DNA of 64,000 nucleotides from Felis catus (lineage: Eukaryota), in assembly GCF_018350175.1 (NCBI RefSeq), contig NC_058368.1, forward strand, positions 112,160,001 through 112,224,000. The letters run 5' to 3'. Position numbers and translations under genes: made by a program. Below, in pieces: positions 1-13,289 of this stretch (position 1 is the first letter of the stretch; each line of letters begins with the position of its first letter). The notes beneath the pieces were generated by a model. It worked only from the letters and a program-made list of their open reading frames with translations. It was not told where the DNA came from and did no database searches.

Positions 1-619
1 GAGAGCCACGTAGCGGCTTCCTGGGGCCGCATGTGTGGGCTTCTGTGATGAGATGTGTGCGACAATCTGGGTGCTGGCTTCTGGCAGTGGTCAGCCCGGG
101 GAACATCCGTCACAGACTGATGTGCAAAGTGACTGGAGGTGGCAGTCCCCAGTGGGCTCTTGATCTTCATTTTACAAGTTCCCTGCAGCCCAGCAGGTCC
201 CATCAGGCTGTGCATGAAGAGCTGCTGGCCGTGAGTCTGGTCTGGACTCTCTAGAGGGGTGTCAACAATGTGTTGCTGGCCTGCTTCTGCCACCGGCGGC
301 CAGCAGCCAGCTGGAGGGGTGCATTAGCCTGATGAACCAACCATTAGGGAAACCCTCTCTTCATCTGAGAACTTTCCAGCCTGTTCCAGAAATGCCTAGT
401 TGAAATGACCCGAGCCCAACCATTGGCTTCAATACGAAGTATGCGACTATGTGGTACACACACACATCTCTCCCTCCCTCCCTCGGGCTGTTTCCATTCA
501 AGGCAAGTTGGAATGGCACCATCCCAGCCTTAAATCCCACAAGTGACATAGCCTTGTTGTAAAAAAGCAAATGGCACCTAAGCCCATCGGGGTTCAAAGT
601 GCTGCCTTCCTTTCCTTCC

Positions 620-1216
620 ATGCCCACCTGTTCTTCTCCGGGAGTAAGCACAGTCAGCACATGGTGTGTGTCTTCCCAGAGCTATTTCTATGGGCGCAAG
701 ACGTATATTAATAGAGAAACAGTAATGAGTCATACTATACACATGGTCTCACAACTGCACCTTGCTTTTGTCACTCAGAACCAATCCTGAATATCATATC
801 AGCAAATATGGAGGCCTGCCCCACTCTCCCTGACGGCTGTGTACAACAGCACAGACACGCCACAGCGGAGTCAAATCGTGCCCTAGTGATGAACGTTTCA
901 TTTCTGTCTACGTTTTTAGCCTTATAGGTTGCAGTGAGCATTCTCTGGGACGGGTGCCTGAGCAAATGGTCAAGTGCCTTTGTATTTTTGACAGGTGGTA
1001 TGCCCTCCCAGAAGATCATACCCACCACCATACTCCTTCCACTTACAGCGTATACATATCCATCTGGCCCATCCCACCCTGCCGTGGCAAAGGTATTGTC
1101 AGGCCTTTCCATCGTTGTCATTCTTCAAGGGGAAAAAACATCATCTTGTGCTTACCTACAGGTGCATGTCTGGATTCACTAGGAATGGAGAGCGGCCATC
1201 CCTTCTGATGTTTACG
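620..1216 (-). mobile_element. Ancient L1 (L1ME-like) 3' fragment
   Basis: Degenerate L1M 3'-end motifs in antisense (catactatacacatggtc..., ttttgacaggtggtatgccctcccagaag..., aaggggaaaaaacatcatcttg). Family assigned from recall; boundaries approximate. Confidence 0.55.
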
Positions 1217-1918
1217 TGCCACCTGCAGCTCATGAAATCAGGTTTCCAGCAGCCCCCTGGCCACCACGTCAGCTCCCCTCTGGGGAGGCACCACCAAGGG
1301 CTTCGCTGGAGAAGGTGAGCAGTATTTGTTTGTTTAACGTAAAGCCTCTGTGCAGAAGCAGTTGCTATGGCCCCCAGAGGGCTTGCAGCTCATGTTGGAA
1401 GAAAGAAGAAAGCTTCTGTATGACACCAGACTCTCTCTGTTCTGGTAACTGTTAATCGTCATTCTGTGTCTGCGATACTGCAGCTCCAGCCAGCCCGCCT
1501 GCGTCCAACAAGGGGTTGTTCATGGACCTACGTGGTCCTGGGGCAGTGTGATGCGGCCAGTGGGAAGGACCCTTGGCTGGGGGCCAGCAGACACAAGTTT
1601 ACATTCCAGCCCTCCCTGTGGAGGGCATGGGTGCCATATTCCCCTCGCTTCCCTCATCTTTGCTGTCCTGCGTCTTTGGACCTGCCTCATCTGGTCCTGA
1701 GGCCTCATGGCACTGATTTTACCAGCTGTTTCCCCAGCCCATGCAACCACTCTGCTCCTCTGCCCGTGAAGGGTCTTTGCCTGGATGTCCCCCAGGTCCC
1801 TCTCTATACATTTAGTTCCTCCCAGTAACACCCACTGGGGGCAGCTTCAGTGTATCCATGCCCCCCCCCCCCACCAACCAGCTTCCAAATTGTGCTACTT
1901 ACAATTACTCAAATAATT

Positions 1919-2130
1919 TTTATTTATTTTATTTCATTTTTATGATGTTTGTTTTTGAGAGACAGAGAGACAAAGTATGAGTGGGGGAGGGGCAGAGAGA
2001 GAGGGAGACACAGAATCCAAAGCAGGCTCCAGGCTCTGAGCTGTCAGCACAGAGCCCAACATGGGGCTCGAACCCACGAACTGCAAGAGCCGAAGTCGGA
2101 CGCTCAACCAGCTGAGCTACCCAGGCCTCC
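1919..2130 (-). mobile_element. CAN-SINE (SINEC_Fc-type)
   Basis: Poly-T, GA-rich tail and gcaggctccaggctctgagctgtcagcacagagcc core; perfect 17-bp TSD caattactcaaataatt at 1902-1918 and 2131-2147; lacks the usual gatcatgacct segment. Confidence 0.97.
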
Positions 2131-2177
2131 CAATTACTCAAATAATTAAATACTTTCTGGTCTCTGTACCCAGAGAT

Positions 2178-2394
2178 AAGGGTTTTTCAATGTCAGCATT
2201 TTTGATGTTTTGAGATAGATAATAATTCTTCGTGATGGGGAGCTCTTCGGTATATAGTAGAATGTGTAGCAGCATCTCTGGCCTCTTCCCATAGCATCAC
2301 CTCCCCAGTCGTGACAGTGAAAAATGTCTTCAGACACTGTCTGATGCCTGATTTTCCCCTGGGAGACAAAATTGCCTTCTGTTGAGAACCACTG
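2178..2394 (-). mobile_element. MER20 (hAT-Charlie) DNA transposon relic
   Basis: Ends ...gacaaaattgccttctgttgagaaccactg and contains tagcagcatctctggcctct and aaaaatgtcttcagaca, all typical of the MER20 consensus. Confidence 0.85.
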
Positions 2395-5300
2395 ATCGAG
2401 AGCCATTTTGTTTTATCTACGTGGAAAGTCTTCGTCCATATCTCCCCACCCCTACTTTGTAATTTGGTGATAAACCTGAAGAAGCAAATTATAGAAAAGC
2501 ATGCACTGTAATTGTTATATATGCAAGTGAATAAGGACTTGAATAGAATATGAACATAGTTATGTAAGCTATGTTTCCTTGGGCTACTCTTGTGGGGGGT
2601 TAAAAATGTGGCTACTTTTTATAGAACCAACCATTTGGGTTTCTTTTACTTCCACTTGTTATTGTAGGATTCTGGCCCCAGAGATTCCTGGGAATGCTTA
2701 AGCTCCCTTGGCTCCCCTAAAGAATCCCATGACAGACAAGTTGCCTCTCCCATGGAATCTGCCCCAGACTCAGACACCTGTCAGGCTAGGAGATGCCCCT
2801 ACACGAGGCACCTGCCAAGCAGCGAAGTCCCCTAGCAGGATCCAGTCCTGATTCTGGAGGTCCTGCATCTGGGGACACCCTCATGGCCACACTGTCTCTT
2901 TATATCGTCTGCAAAGCTGTGGATATGGAAGGCTGGGCTGGGACTCAATCCAAGGGACAGAGACTATGACAGACTCCTCATTCTGACCACCTTGGCTCTG
3001 GTACTGACCCAGTGTGTCCTGCCTGATGCTCTCCCAACAGGCTCTTGGTGGCCTGCCCCATAGCTCTCCACGCATGCCCAGAACATGTATGAATCCCAAT
3101 GGTGGGCGTAGACCAATCTGGAATGATTCCCCTGCTGTGGGAAGTGGGATTATGAGTGACTGGTTTTGACATAAACAAGTCTTACTATTATATTTTTAAA
3201 TGCTCTTGTTATTATGTTTTTAAAAATATCTGATCCACCCTCAAGTCCTGCTTCCAAGCCTTCTGAGCTGCCTTCCGCTAGCCCTCTCCTGTCCCAGTGT
3301 GACAGAAGGTCAGCTCTCATGCTACTTCAGAGTCCTACAATTTGACAGTCTCACAGGGCATTTAACGGACTCTGCTCTGTAGTGTAGTTATTTGGGTACT
3401 TTTCTCTTCCCCTCTACTGCGTATACTCCTTGAAGACACAGAGTGCTTGAAACCCACTGTGGTGCCATCATTGTTTGGTGAGACTCCAGCTGTGCCTGGG
3501 CTTCATGAGTACTTGACGTTCATCATGAGCCATGAATTGGTGACAGAGGCAGACTGTAGGTGACATCAGGTCCTTCTATGGAATAGCCAGGACATAGAGA
3601 TCTTGGACCTGCTTTGCCACCATTTCATTGGGACTACAGTCAGCTCTCATAACTCCCCCATCTCAGTGTCCCATCCATAAAAGAGAGGAAACAGCCTCTA
3701 CCTCTGGGACCAGGCGAGACTGTATTTGAAAGTGCACTGAACCACTGAAAGGAAAACTTTTCCATTTATTCAAGGGCTATTTTCAGTAATCTGTGCATTT
3801 TAGACCAGGAAATAGCAGTATGGTTTTTCAGTAAAATACCCCAGTGATCGCCCGTCTTCAGATATCTTTCACATAAAGAGCTTATGTTCAGGAAGAACTC
3901 AGCAGGTTGGAAGTGAGGATTGAAATCCAATTCTAATCACTCCTGGCCTAGATCCCTCTGTTCCTCAGATGTTTTCCTGTGGTCTTGGGAGAACTTCTGG
4001 ATGCAGGGACCAACTTACAGCCATGGCCGAAATCTGGGGCCCTTACTCTGGGAGACGAGGGCTTTGGCCAGCTCTGATTTCTGATGGAAGCCTGTTGTTG
4101 AGGGCATCAGAGAGGGACAGTTTGGGGTCAGGAACCTTCCTTGTTTAGGAGCCCAGCTGAGAGTTATGAGTGATCTGGGGATTGTAAGTGCTGCTTATCA
4201 GGAAAGGGAAAGCTGTCCTCCCCGGAACCATGGATTTTGGAGGAGCGAGGGCACCGAGAGTGTTGACCCCAGTGAAGGGAGGAAGGATTTGGGGCGGGAG
4301 GTGCAGCTGTAATGGTGCCGTGCTCGTCCACAGTAACGGGAAGGAGCTTACCATGAGTGGGTTTCCCAGAAAACAGAATATCAGCCCTGTGAGCAGATTT
4401 TGAGCAAGTGTAATCATCTGGGAAGGAAGTCCTTCTAGTGGGTGTCACACCTCGTCTGGCTCCTCAAAGGGGGGTAGGTGGAACAGCACATTGCTCCTAC
4501 CGTGTTCCATCCCATGCCACGCACCCATGCATCAGCGAGTCTCATGGGTTCTGAAACATGCCCCGTGTTTTCCCCTGTGAGCCTCCATGCCCTGGCCACG
4601 TATCTGCATCCTCAACTGTGTTTTCCTACAAGCACTCTGCCTGGCATCTGGTACTCGAGGCGAGCACCAAATGAACGTGTTTGAATGAAGACTTGGTCAT
4701 AAAAACTCCTGCTGTTTTCAAGTTGTGTCCCGTCAGCAAAGCACTTTCATCGTCTCTTTAGAAACGGTAACATCCTCGGGGCGTTTATGAGGGGAAGTCT
4801 TGTTTGTTGTTTTACTTACTCTCCAGCGTTTCATGACCTCCTCCTGTGTCCCAACACGATGCCAGCATCAGAGACAGAAGGATAAATCAGACCCGGCTCC
4901 TTCCCTCCAGGAGCTCTTGATCTAAAATTAATATAGAGAAAATGGGCTCAATTCAGTATGGCGAGTGCTCTGCTGAGGAGTGTCCCATACGCCAGGGAGC
5001 GTAGAGAGGCATTTTTAAAATTCTCTTGGAGTTCCACCATTCTGCTCTCTTCTCACTGTCAATTCTTGATATCCTGGGTACTCCCACTTCATGCTATCCT
5101 CCTTCCAACTTCTCACTGGCTCTTTCTCGTCTGCTTCTTTCTAGGAAATTGGTTGAATTCGTAACTCTGCCTGGCTGCACATTGTAGGCACCCAGGAATC
5201 CATTTCATCCCCGTACTGTGTCCCATGCTCAGACGCCCTGATCTAATTGGTCAGAGTCGGTCCCAGACTCCCAGGGGATGCCAACAGGCAGCCAGGGTTG

Positions 5301-5400
5301 AGAACTGGTTTATGGGCGGTTGCAGATTCTGACAAGGTTTGGAGATGGCCCTAGTCTCACCTGTGGAACTAAGCGCACGGGCTTTGTGACGACTCCTTCC

Positions 5401-5536
5401 CAAGCACAGAAGCACCTCACAAGCACAGAAGCACCTCACAAGCAGTCACGATGTGGTTGAGGTCATTCCTAATCAGGTGTTTACAATCTCGTCACGATGT
5501 GGTTGAGGTCATTCCTAATCAGGTGTTTACAATCTC
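5401..5536. repeat. Two abutting tandem duplications (19 bp x2.3; 46 bp x2)
   Basis: caagcacagaagcacctca at 5401-5419 and 5420-5438, plus partial copy to 5444; gtcacgatgtggttgaggtcattcctaatcaggtgtttacaatctc at 5445-5490 and 5491-5536. Full copies are exact. Confidence 0.97.
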
Positions 5537-7609
5537 CGACAACCACTACCAGTGCTAACAAGGGGCCAGAGATTTTATCATCATGGCCAAATCATCAAAA
5601 CTCAGGAAGGAGTCTCTAAACTGAGAGACTTCAAGACCCGTGGCTTGAAAGCTGAATATAAGCTCTTTATACACCCAGAAAAGTTAAATGTAACCTGACA
5701 TCCATGAAACGTATCTCAGAGGGCAAAGTTACCAAAGTTAGTGATGATCTATCACCTTCTAATTCTCAAAAGATTTTTCTCTCCCATATCAGCCTCATCG
5801 GGCTCTGGCCATATCCAGCCGTCAGCGATGGGAGCCATCAGAGCAGCTCTCCGGTGCTATTTGGCATGTTCCTATCAGATTATTTCAGTCAAACGGCAGA
5901 TATTTATTGAGCACCTACCGCGGGCCTGGCATACAGGAGCATGGACACGGATAAACACAGGTGCTGCCCTTGAGGTCCTTGCTGCCTCATGTGAGACATG
6001 CTCTAACTATTCTAATGTATGAAGAGTGAAATCATAACCCATGAGATAACTCACAGCTGCCTCCTCCGGCTGTGGGCTTACACCGAGCAGCCACAAGTGC
6101 TGAAGAAGTCAACAAACAGGAAGCGCTTTAGGGCTCTGTTCCCCGAGCCCGAAAAAACACAGCATTATTAGCATGTTTTCATTCAGGAACAGGTAACGCA
6201 AAGATTAGGCAGAGCGACTTAATGCAACAAGTGTATAATTGGGTGTTAACTGTGAGGGGGGAGGCAGAGATGAAATGCTCTTGGTCTTAACCTTAAGAAA
6301 GTCACAGCATGAGGACAGAGGGCAGACAAGTCCTTGGGTTGTTCTAACATAAAAGAAAAAAGGAATAGTGGCAGCTGCCCTTTGGTGAGCACTCGGTACA
6401 TGCAAGGCATAGTGCATATTCATTTCACGCCTACATATCACACCCACACTCTTGTCAGTGCACTTTACCTTTGGGAAGACTGAGGCTGTGGGAGGTAAGC
6501 TCATGTGCCTAGGATCGCACAGTATAAGGAACCTTCTTGAGGTCTACACCCAGGCCTGTCTCCACAGCCTGGGTGCCCAGTTTCTGTTGTGCATCCTAAG
6601 AAGAGAGGCATGAAGGAGATTCTCTGGGATTGGAGGAGGAGAGGACCCTCTGGATTGGGGCTGGACTTCGTTCTCCCAGAAGCAGACCCGAGACCAGGAT
6701 TGGAGCTCGAGTAGTTTACTGGGAGTGGTGCTGGTAGGAGGAGTAGTGATGTGAGCCAGAGAAGGGAAGGGAAGGACACCACGTCAGCATACATAATCCA
6801 GGAGTTCCTCCTGTGGGTAACTGAATGTCGGTCCCCCTGGGGCGGGCAGGGAGATGGTGCACAACACGCCTCAGAGTTATGCTGGGCGGTGAAGAAGCTG
6901 GAGATACTGGTCACCATGCCACCACCCGTCATTGGTTGAGGGCTGCTTCCAGGAGCATTAACTCTCTAGCGGAATAGGCTTGGCATTCTCGATGAACAAC
7001 CGCATGCATCTCGTTCAGAGCCCTGCGCTAGGCCCGTCTCTGCTGTGGCTGCTGGAGGCCCAGGGATGAGAGATGGAAGGCAAGTCCTCGCCCCCACCTC
7101 CACCGGGGAGGCAGCATGTGGTCCTTGAGCTTGGAGAACCACCCCCACACCACTAACTCCTCTCTAGAATTAGAGGTCTCTGGGCTCCACAGGGGCAAAT
7201 TCAAGCCCGGCAGAGAGAAACTTCTTACCCATAAATGAGCATGAGTACTTTACAAACCTTCTCTTTATGACCAAAATGATGTCCCAGCTGTTCAGAGATT
7301 AGTGATCTGAGAATTTGTTAGTAAACTGGTGTAGAAGCCTTTGGAGGCACGTGTTACAAGCTATGCTGGATTTTGGGGCCGTGGACCTGAATCTGATTGT
7401 CAGCTTTGGTGCTGTGAGCCAGGCCAGCCTCTCTGGGTTCTTGCTGACTGGCTAGCCTGCAGCACCCCATCTCACCCGGCACAGACCTGGAATGCCCTCT
7501 GGGGAACCCATTGTTAGGGCTCTTCCCTGCTCATGATTAGAGCTGCTTGCCAGGAGGCCTCCCAGAGCTGGGCGTCAGGTGCCGAACCGCAGTCTTGTCC
7601 AGGGACAGA

Positions 7610-7830
7610 CACAGAGTGGTGGGAAGGAGCCTGGGCTTGGGAGCCAGGGCAGGGACAGCCCTGCTCTGCCGTTTAAGGGCTGTATTGCTCCAGGCAGATT
7701 ACTTCGTCCTGTTGAGCCTCAGTTCCCTCGTTTGTAGAATGGAGACAGAACTACTCCCTTCTCAGTGCTGTCGTGGGAATGAAGTCAGCTAGTGCACGCA
7801 CACAAGGCCTCTGTCAATGTTAGCTACCTG
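7610..7830 (+). mobile_element. MIR SINE
   Basis: gagcctcagttccctcgtttgtagaatggag core followed by ...tcaatgttagcta. Confidence 0.75.
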
Positions 7831-10800
7831 TTATCATCACTTTGCCCCGACAGGGATCCCACTCGGTGGGGGCAGGCGGGAGCACTCCGGCGCTTTGTGA
7901 GCCGCCTGGAGGAAGTCCTGACGTCATGGGAGCAGATGCTCTTTGCCTGTCTCTGGCTGTAATTGTCAGGCTTTGTTCTCTTCCACAATTAGACATATCA
8001 GGTTCAAAAGAGACGTTGTCTCACACTAATGAATAGATTAATAGCCTCCCTCCCCAGACGCAGGAGACTTTATCAGCCTCTTGAAATGTTGATGACGTCT
8101 CAGAGAGGGAGCTTTAGGGAGCCACTCGTAAATAAATCATTCATCCCTGCCGTACCTGAGCCCCACGCTTGGCTGAGAGGTGGGGGCTGCTGGTCATGGC
8201 ACACGAACTGGCCTGGGGATCAGTCAGGGGGCACATGCAGTGGGTGGCCGTGGGCTGGGCTCTAATCAGCTGTGTAGGGAAAGATGAAAAACCTGACTCT
8301 GATATCAGAGGACAGGATAAGGGCTGAAGGAACTAGAGAAGGTAATGCCTTTCAAGCTCGGGCTCAAGTTTGCAACCCGAGGGTGTGTTTAGCAGACCTT
8401 GGGTCAGGCCAGAGGATGCTGGGCAAGCTGAGCTCTGGAGTTGGGAGGCTGGTGGTCCTGGGGGAGCTGGTGGACACCGTGCCTCTGCCTTTCTTCTCCA
8501 GGAGGCCTGCTTGCTGATGTGGTGCCCTTGCCGAGTCTCACTGGGCTAGGTGACAGCCTGTAGGCTTGAGCCTTGTTTACTTCCCGCTCTGATATGGCAT
8601 GCAGACCACTCAAGCCAATGTGCTATGTGTGAAGGGCTCCTCTTTTGTCTTCCCAAGGAAACCCAACCAGTGGTCTGTTTCCTGTATCCCTCGGTGCATA
8701 TTTCTGCCGTCTGATATGGGGGCAGACCCATTAGCTGGCAGACCATCTCTGCTCCCATCTTGGGGGGAGCCCTGGCCTGTCGGCATTTGATGAGATCTGA
8801 CACCTTCTCACTTTCCCTGCACAAGGTCAGCTGCCTGGGGACGTTGCAGAACATATCTAGGGGAAAGATATTTCCAAGAATTTGAAAATAATGTCAATCT
8901 TTTAACAAACAGAAGCCGATTTCATATTCATTCCTCTGCTTTGACCTATCCTGAAATGAGCGAATTTTTAAATTTATCTATCAGATCACACAACAGAAGG
9001 CATTAGGTTTTTTTTTTTTTTTTTAATCTCTCGCTTTAGAATTAACATTTTAATTTTAGAGGCAGAGTTAAAAGAAAAACATCGACACCAAGGTATCTAG
9101 CATTTCATGAGAAAATGGTGAGAATTTCAAAACAGGCAAGTTTATCAGGCCAGGCCCCCCGCCCCTGTTTTGGCCAATTTGTAGGAACTGACCTTCTCAG
9201 AAGGATTGGAAGTCTGAGCAAAGCCAACTACTAGTTTCCAAATTGATTTTCTAACCAAAATTGGAACAGTTCTCAAATGCTCCCGGGATTTGGGGCTATT
9301 AATACCGAAGAACAATGAGAAAGGAAAAAGTGAGTGTGTAAGAGGTGATTTATGACCGAAAGGAAGTTGTGAGCTCGGAAACTTGCATGCAACCCAGTCA
9401 CAGAGCCCTCTGGAGAAGTTCCAGGGAAGAGATGGAGAATGTAAAGGGAGAGCGTTTCCGAGGGATATTAAAGCTTATAAAAGGAGGTAATGTGGGCTTT
9501 GGGCCTGAAATGAGCGAGCGAGGAGCGGACCATGTTGAACCACTCACAGTCACAGCAGGTTTCATGCAGCTGTCATCAGCGCCTGAGACCGCGCTCCCCC
9601 CCCCCCCCCACCCCGCCCCAAGCCTCTCCTTGTATTTATTTCTTACCATTACTTCGTCACCAAGCAGGTTAAATGGCAGGAAGAGAGTCTCCCCACCAGA
9701 GTGTGGGACTATGACCGCTGCTGCTCGAACCCGTGGTGTCGTCTCAGGTGTCAGGTTCTCGGGTGTCGAGGCTGAGGCTCAGCTGCTAACCGTGAGACCA
9801 GGTCGGAGTGGAGGTGCACGGGGCAGGGCAGTTGGGCAGTCACAGCCTGGCCAGGTGTTCTGGCAGTGGACACCGAACGTCCTCCTTTTTTTTTTTGCCT
9901 CCCGGAGTTCTTGCAAAAATTATCATTTACAGCTTTACTGAGGTAGGATTGATATTCAGTACATCTCTCATATGTAAGGTGTACAAATTGCATGCTTTAT
10001 GTGTACACATAGGTGTGTATAGACATGCGCATATACAGACGTGCCTTTACTTGAAGGACTGAAGAGAATCAGCTAATTCATACAATGCTTTGGCTCTAGG
10101 CAGGGCATCCTCGTGGGATGTCCATACCAATCATATTCCTTTGGGATAACAAAACCAGGAGGAGGTAAGGCTGCTGAGGTGGGCTTCCAGCTCTTAGTCC
10201 CTGAAAGGCAAGAGGTGAGACCCATTTGCAAACAAAACCCAAGTGCCTCAAATGGCCAGGTAAACGACTTTTTTGAAAAATGAACAACAGGAAATAATCC
10301 CATCTAGGGAGCCAAAACAATACAGTGGGGCCGTCTTTTATAGACTTAAAACTCTCATACCACCAGGATTTCATCCAGGAGGTACAGTGTATCTGGATTG
10401 TTATGATTATAATTAATCATCATTGACCAATTCTGCTTCTTGGAAGTCATGCTGTGGCTAAATGGGAGCGGGAGAATGGGATTCACGTCACTGGAGGACT
10501 GCGGCTGTTTCTAAGCCCCGAAATCACTCTGGGGAATTCTCTGAGGGGTCGGCCAGAATGACTTTCCAGTGTTCCTACCTCTACTTACGCCACTGATCGC
10601 AACCCTCCACCGCCCAGACGGTGACTCCAGACAATGCACGTTGCTGCCAACAGAATGAAAGTGGAGAAAATACTGTGGGTGTAATCAGTGTTGGCCAAGG
10701 AATGGGGTGGGGGGGGGAGGGCAGGGGCGCAGAAAGGTCTGGGAATGAGGAGAGATCTAGTACGTGGAGAAGAGTCAGGCCTCATAAAGGCATTTTATGG

Positions 10801-11864
10801 TGTGGCTAGGACCAGAATTGTTGGCATCAGATATTTACTGGTCCCCCAGGATCTGCAAGAGCTGAGAAGTGCCTCCACTCCCAGTCTCTCCCTCTGCCAA
10901 CTGGCATTCTTGCTGACTTAGCAGTTCTTGAGAAATTCACCTCTGATCTCACTTAGAATGCTTCAGTTCTATATTCATAAAGGGCATGAGGAAGAAATTT
11001 CTAAAGGCAAGGGCTTGGCTCACTGTGGAGGCAGAAGTTCTGTTTGGAGGAAGCATCTGGAAAAGCACACCACCAAATATGTGTTGAAGAGCTGGGTGGT
11101 CAGCAGCACCAAGGCAGGGCGAGGCCAGGCATCCAGCTTTCTTCCCAGAAATGGGCCTGGTGGGAAGGTCAGCTCCATCATCGTCAAAGTGCTCCTAACC
11201 GGAGGATACACACTACCTTGTAACTTTCCTGTTCTCTGAAGGATAATTTGGTTAGTGCCAAAGACCCGAGTTCCCTGGGTGACACCTGCACTTTGGAAGC
11301 AACCCTGCCGATTGCACAGGTAGGGATGCCTGACAAGAGCCATTTCTCCTTTCCAGCCCAGCTTGGATCCAGGCTGTCTCTGTGGGTTTTGAAACAGAAA
11401 AGGAATAATGTCCTCCCTGCAGGAGGCCAGAGGGTAACCCAGACTCTCTGATTTCGGTGCTGTGACCCAGGGTGTCTGGCTGGCAGAGACTTCAAGCTGC
11501 TGGCAATTATCTAAGGACCGGAAGAGTCCACTTAGGTTTTCTTAAGCCTCCTCTGCCTTCGCTTTTTAAAGGCATTGTTACTTTTTCCGTTTTGTCAGTA
11601 GGCGACATATGCCAACGATATAAATTTCAAAAACACTAAAAGGGGAAACCCTTTTAAAATTAAAAAAAAAAAGAAACAAAACTAGAAAGGGTCTCTCTTT
11701 TTCCCCTGGCCCCCAACCACCAAGGCCTCCTCCCCAGAGTTAATCCATATTGCACGTTCTTGCTTCTAGAAGTATTTTTTTTTGTACAATCAAGCAGGTA
11801 TGTAAATGGATAATCTTTCTGCCCCTACCTTCATGCCTTTTTCCCTTACAAATGGTAGCAGCAG

Positions 11865-12235
11865 TGGTTGGTTCTATGGAAACAGACTCTGAGATGGAGA
11901 TTGGCAGGGCCGGAGTCAACACCTGTGAGGAAGAGAAGGAAGCAGGATTGTCCAGACGGAGGAATTCTAACTGTAACGCTTTCACGGCAGAGGTTTCAGA
12001 CCTCCCCACCCCCCTCCCCCATCCCCGACCCCGGGGAGCTCTGGAGCCAGAATGTCCCTCTGAGTTGTCCCAGTTTGGGCTATGGGGGGCCAGTCTTCGA
12101 TCACTCTTTGCATATGGGCATAATCTTTGGTGAGGTGCTCTCTTCAGGCCTGGGCAACCCCCTGGAGAGAAACTTGGGGTCCCTCCGACACTCCCAGCAG
12201 CTGGTGAATCTAGGTGGGCCCAGTTTAGCACCCAC
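11865..12235. mobile_element. ERVL solo LTR (LTR16-like)
   Basis: ggaaacagactctgagatggagatt...caacacctgtgaggaagagaaggaagcaggattg...ggggagctctggagc...gagttgtccc resembles recalled LTR16 consensus blocks. Confidence 0.7.
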
Positions 12236-12472
12236 TTTAGCAGCATATTATGTATGTTTGGTTTTTTCCCACTGTACAGTAGATCTTGAAGATTTTCACA
12301 TGAGTACATAAAAAGCTTCCTTATTCCATTTTTAATGGCTTTAGAGTGTTCCATCGGGTAGGTATAGCATAATATAAGTTCTCCATTGATAGACATTTAG
12401 TTTATTAGCAGTCTTTCATAAGTACATCCAATTCTGTAGATTTGTCTTTTTACACATGTGCAAGTATACCTT

Positions 12473-12694
12473 TTTTTTTTTAATATTTTTTAACAGTTAT
12501 TCATTTTTGAGAGTGAGAGAGACAGAGGATGAGCGTGGGAGGGGCAGAGAGGGAGGGAGACACAGAACCTGAAGCAGGCTCCAGGCTCTGAGCTGTCAGC
12601 ACAGAGCCTGACGCGGGGCTCGAACTCACGGACCACAAGATCATGACCTGAGCCGAAGTTGGACGCTTAACCGACTAAGCCACCCAGGCGCCTC
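12473..12694 (-). mobile_element. CAN-SINE (SINEC_Fc-type)
   Basis: Full core; TSD tgtgcaagtatacctt (12457-12472) / tgtgcaagcatatctt (12697-12712). Confidence 0.97.
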
Positions 12695-13289
12695 TGTGTG
12701 CAAGCATATCTTATAGTCAAATTGCAAGGTCCAAGACTATGTGTGCCTATAATTTGGAAGATACTATCTAATGCCACCCATTGAGGCTATATCAGTTTAC
12801 CTTGCCACCAGCAGTGTATAAGCTTGGCTATTTCCCCTACTGTTGCCAGCATTATGCTATTAAACTCCTTTTTTTTTCCCCCAGTCTGAAAGGTTAAAAA
12901 TAGTATGTCATGGTAGGGTCAGTTTGCGTTTCTCTTTTTATGAATGAGTGTGTCTTTTTGTTAAGTTTAATGCAATTTTCATCACCTTTTCTGCAAACAT
13001 TTTAATTACAGTCTTTGATTTTCTTTTAGTTGGCTATTTTCTTATTGATTGGTGGAAACTCTTTATATAGTGTGAAAATCAGAACTTTGTAATATAATGT
13101 AGTATATTTAGGGAAGTTTTAAGGATTAGGCATTAAGGCCTGCAGTTTCCCTGGATCATTTCCACCTGGGCTTGGTTTTAGTGTGATCTACCTATTTCCC
13201 ATCTTTCTGTCTCTCAGGTGACTGTCCCTGGAGCTGTAACACCCTGACTTGGGTAGATCTTCTTGTGGGGTGTGCTCTTTATTTTCACA

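Larger units (their letters stand above)
11570..13110 (-). mobile_element. Ancient L1ME-like fragments, interrupted by an ERVL LTR and a CAN-SINE
   Basis: Antisense L1M motifs: ttccatttttaatggctttagagtgttccat, ccattgatagacatttag, ccagcagtgtataag, tctgaaaggttaaaaatagtatgtcatggt. Confidence 0.6.

Noticed and set aside
1216..1229. CTCF-like motifs (GCTGCAGGTGGCAC on minus strand here; ATGGCAGATGGCGC at 17920-17933)
   Set aside because: Imperfect matches of this quality are expected by chance in 64 kb; unsupported without ChIP or conservation data.
5401..5536. CRISPR-like direct repeats
   Set aside because: The repeats have no spacers and the DNA is mammalian; these are plain tandem duplications.
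9345..9941. 198-aa ORF (plus strand)
   Set aside because: Crosses poly-C and poly-T tracts; no recognisable product.
11740..12396. 218-aa ORF (minus strand)
   Set aside because: Runs through L1ME-like and LTR16-like repeat remnants.
13200..13258. Possible micro-exon (tctttctgtctctcag acceptor ... gtagat)
   Set aside because: Good acceptor but weak donor, and no supporting reading frame.
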